Origin: an uncultured archaeon
GTDB lineage: Archaea; Asgardarchaeota; Thorarchaeia; Thorarchaeales; Thorarchaeaceae
Assembly (NCBI GenBank): GCA_964558645.1
Contig: CAZLEV010000027.1
Span: 1-29,554, forward strand
Direction: 5' to 3'
DNA length: 29,554 bases
Made by a program: the position numbers and the translations under genes. The notes under the pieces were generated by a model. It searched no databases. It was not told the origin of the DNA and was given only the letters and a program-made list of their open reading frames with translations. This document shows, piece by piece, positions 28,171 through 29,554 of this stretch; the stretch's first letter is position 1, and each line of letters opens with the position of its first letter.

Positions 28171-29554
28171 ATGACGACGACAGTCCGGCGCCGTCCCCGG
28201 AGGCAGCGGGAATCTGATGAAAGTTCCCAGAAGCAATCGACAATGGATGGCACACTTAAAAATGTTCCATCAACCGCGCACCAGAGTACGGGACTGAAGT
28301 ATCTGGTACAGTCGTTCACCCTCTGTTCAGCGGATAGAGAGGTGAACAAGAAGGGGAAGGGGAAACGACCCGATCCTCGTTACCGGCGATGTAGTCCTAG
28401 ACCTGTACGAAAAGAGATCGAGGCGGCTACCGGGCGAAAGGTCAGAGATATGGACCTCTCTCTTCTGGGTCGATACTTCGAGAAGTATGTAGAGCTCGTG
28501 AATCTCGTTCTCGAGCGTGTGTATGCTTCCCGTGAACGGATTGACTTCCTTGGAGACGAGCTGAACTCCTATCGAGGACAGGGATATGTCCTGTTGAAGA
28601 AGGAGGAGTATCTTGCATACAAGGACAATCCCGATATCAGCGAACAGTGCTTCGAGAGACTCTACAGGAACGTCTTGGAACAGGCGGCCCGGATCATCCA
28701 GTCCAACTGGCTACGGCGTCAGCTCATGAAGGCCGCCATTCGGCTTCTCGATGAGGAACAGAACACACTGTTGCGATTGCTGAGGAACAAGTACATTCCC
28801 TCAGACATGGTAAAGGACGTGCGTTCCAGATGCGAGAGCACGAAGAACAACGGTTCGGGATACTACTATGCCCTGTCTGTCCTGAAACAGCTTCGGCGAG
28901 CTCTTGATGAGCACATCCTGACGGAGAGGGCAGAGTCCCTTGGTTCCAGACCATCGCAGCGGCGACGCGTTCGACGGTACGTCAAGGATGAGACGGAGTG
29001 CTCAGAGACCATGGCTTGCGTTGATGCTCTGCTGCACCAGTTCACCACGGAGGGCTATCCCTTCAAGGTCCCGCGGATGTACTCCCACACGGAGGACTTC
29101 TCAGCAAGCACAGAGAACTCCCCCGGTCAGGGCTACTGGTATTCACAGGACCTGGAGAGGGAAAACGAGGTGCTGTTCTTCCTGAAGCTGCCGGAGGCGA
29201 TGGAGGGAGCGGAACATGATGACTCGCCCTTCCGTACAAGGACGCTCTCGTTCAGGTTTCTTGACTGGCTCCCACGGGCGGCCGCCAAGGACCGAAGGAA
29301 GGGCGATGAGGCAGAGCGAGCTGGGAAGCATATGCGAGCCAAGAAGCTGCGATTCCGGGCCATGAGGTTCGAGGATCAACACGAACAGCTTGTCAACACC
29401 ATCGAGCTTCAACACGCCACCTATCAGCTGGCGAAGTGGAAGAACCGGAAGGATGCGGACCCTGAGAAGATTGCACACCTGAAGGAGAAGGTGCAGTATC
29501 TCAGGAAGTCCAGAACCTGCGGCCCACCTCGCCTCTTGCTTCGTGAGCACAGAG
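28171..29554 (+). CDS. large TnpB/Cas12-like protein, N-terminal part (runs off the window; absent from the ORF track)
   Basis: Manual translation gives 461 codons without a stop from ATG 28171 (GAGGTG RBS upstream): MTTTVRRRPR...KYLVQSFTLCS...LGRYFEKYVELVNLVLE...ERLYRNVLEQAARIIQSNW...GYPFKVPRM...PPRLLLREHR. The ORF itself is well supported; the family call is inferred because no RuvC domain lies in the window. Confidence 0.6.
   Translation, partial: MTTTVRRRPRRQRESDESSQKQSTMDGTLKNVPSTAHQSTGLKYLVQSFTLCSADREVNKKGKGKRPDPRYRRCSPRPVRKEIEAATGRKVRDMDLSLLGRYFEKYVELVNLVLERVYASRERIDFLGDELNSYRGQGYVLLKKEEYLAYKDNPDISEQCFERLYRNVLEQAARIIQSNWLRRQLMKAAIRLLDEEQNTLLRLLRNKYIPSDMVKDVRSRCESTKNNGSGYYYALSVLKQLRRALDEHILTERAESLGSRPSQRRRVRRYVKDETECSETMACVDALLHQFTTEGYPFKVPRMYSHTEDFSASTENSPGQGYWYSQDLERENEVLFFLKLPEAMEGAEHDDSPFRTRTLSFRFLDWLPRAAAKDRRKGDEAERAGKHMRAKKLRFRAMRFEDQHEQLVNTIELQHATYQLAKWKNRKDADPEKIAHLKEKVQYLRKSRTCGPPRLLLREHR

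Noticed and set aside
28228-28260. PIP-like QKQSTMDGTL in the TnpB-like N-terminus
   Set aside because: Lacks the aromatic residues of a PIP box; too weak to claim
28724-29550. Small ORFs listed in the track at the right end
   Set aside because: Shadows of the long open plus-strand frame starting at 28171
1-29554. CRISPR array associated with the Cas1-like gene
   Set aside because: No regularly spaced 25-45 bp repeats seen by eye in any intergenic region; an array could lie beyond the right edge

Overview
Archaeal accessory region, probably from an Asgard (Thorarchaeia-like) genome; the taxonomy is inferred from PCNA, GGTGA-type RBSs and a diverged Cas1. The left ~21 kb resembles a defence island: a sacsin-like ATPase/DUF3883 protein, a Tag-like DNA glycosylase, a PD-(D/E)XK nuclease, a CPBP protease, a primase-helicase remnant, a three-gene PIN (VapC) operon, a DUF262 + HEPN pair, a fused type IIG-like restriction-modification enzyme ending in a PIP-box, and orphan membrane and HExxH proteins. 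The right ~8 kb is more GC-rich and is the main candidate for a novel system. It holds a 1874-aa protein with a diverged Cas1 catalytic domain, a Cas4/RecB-like nuclease, a P-loop-like domain and a TPR-like tail, apparently co-transcribed with a divergent PCNA. Head-to-head with it is an ORF missing from the supplied track (28171 to >29554, at least 461 aa) that looks like the N-terminal half of an enlarged TnpB/Cas12-like protein. No CRISPR array, rRNA or canonical tRNA was seen. All family calls are from motif recognition by eye, not database searches.
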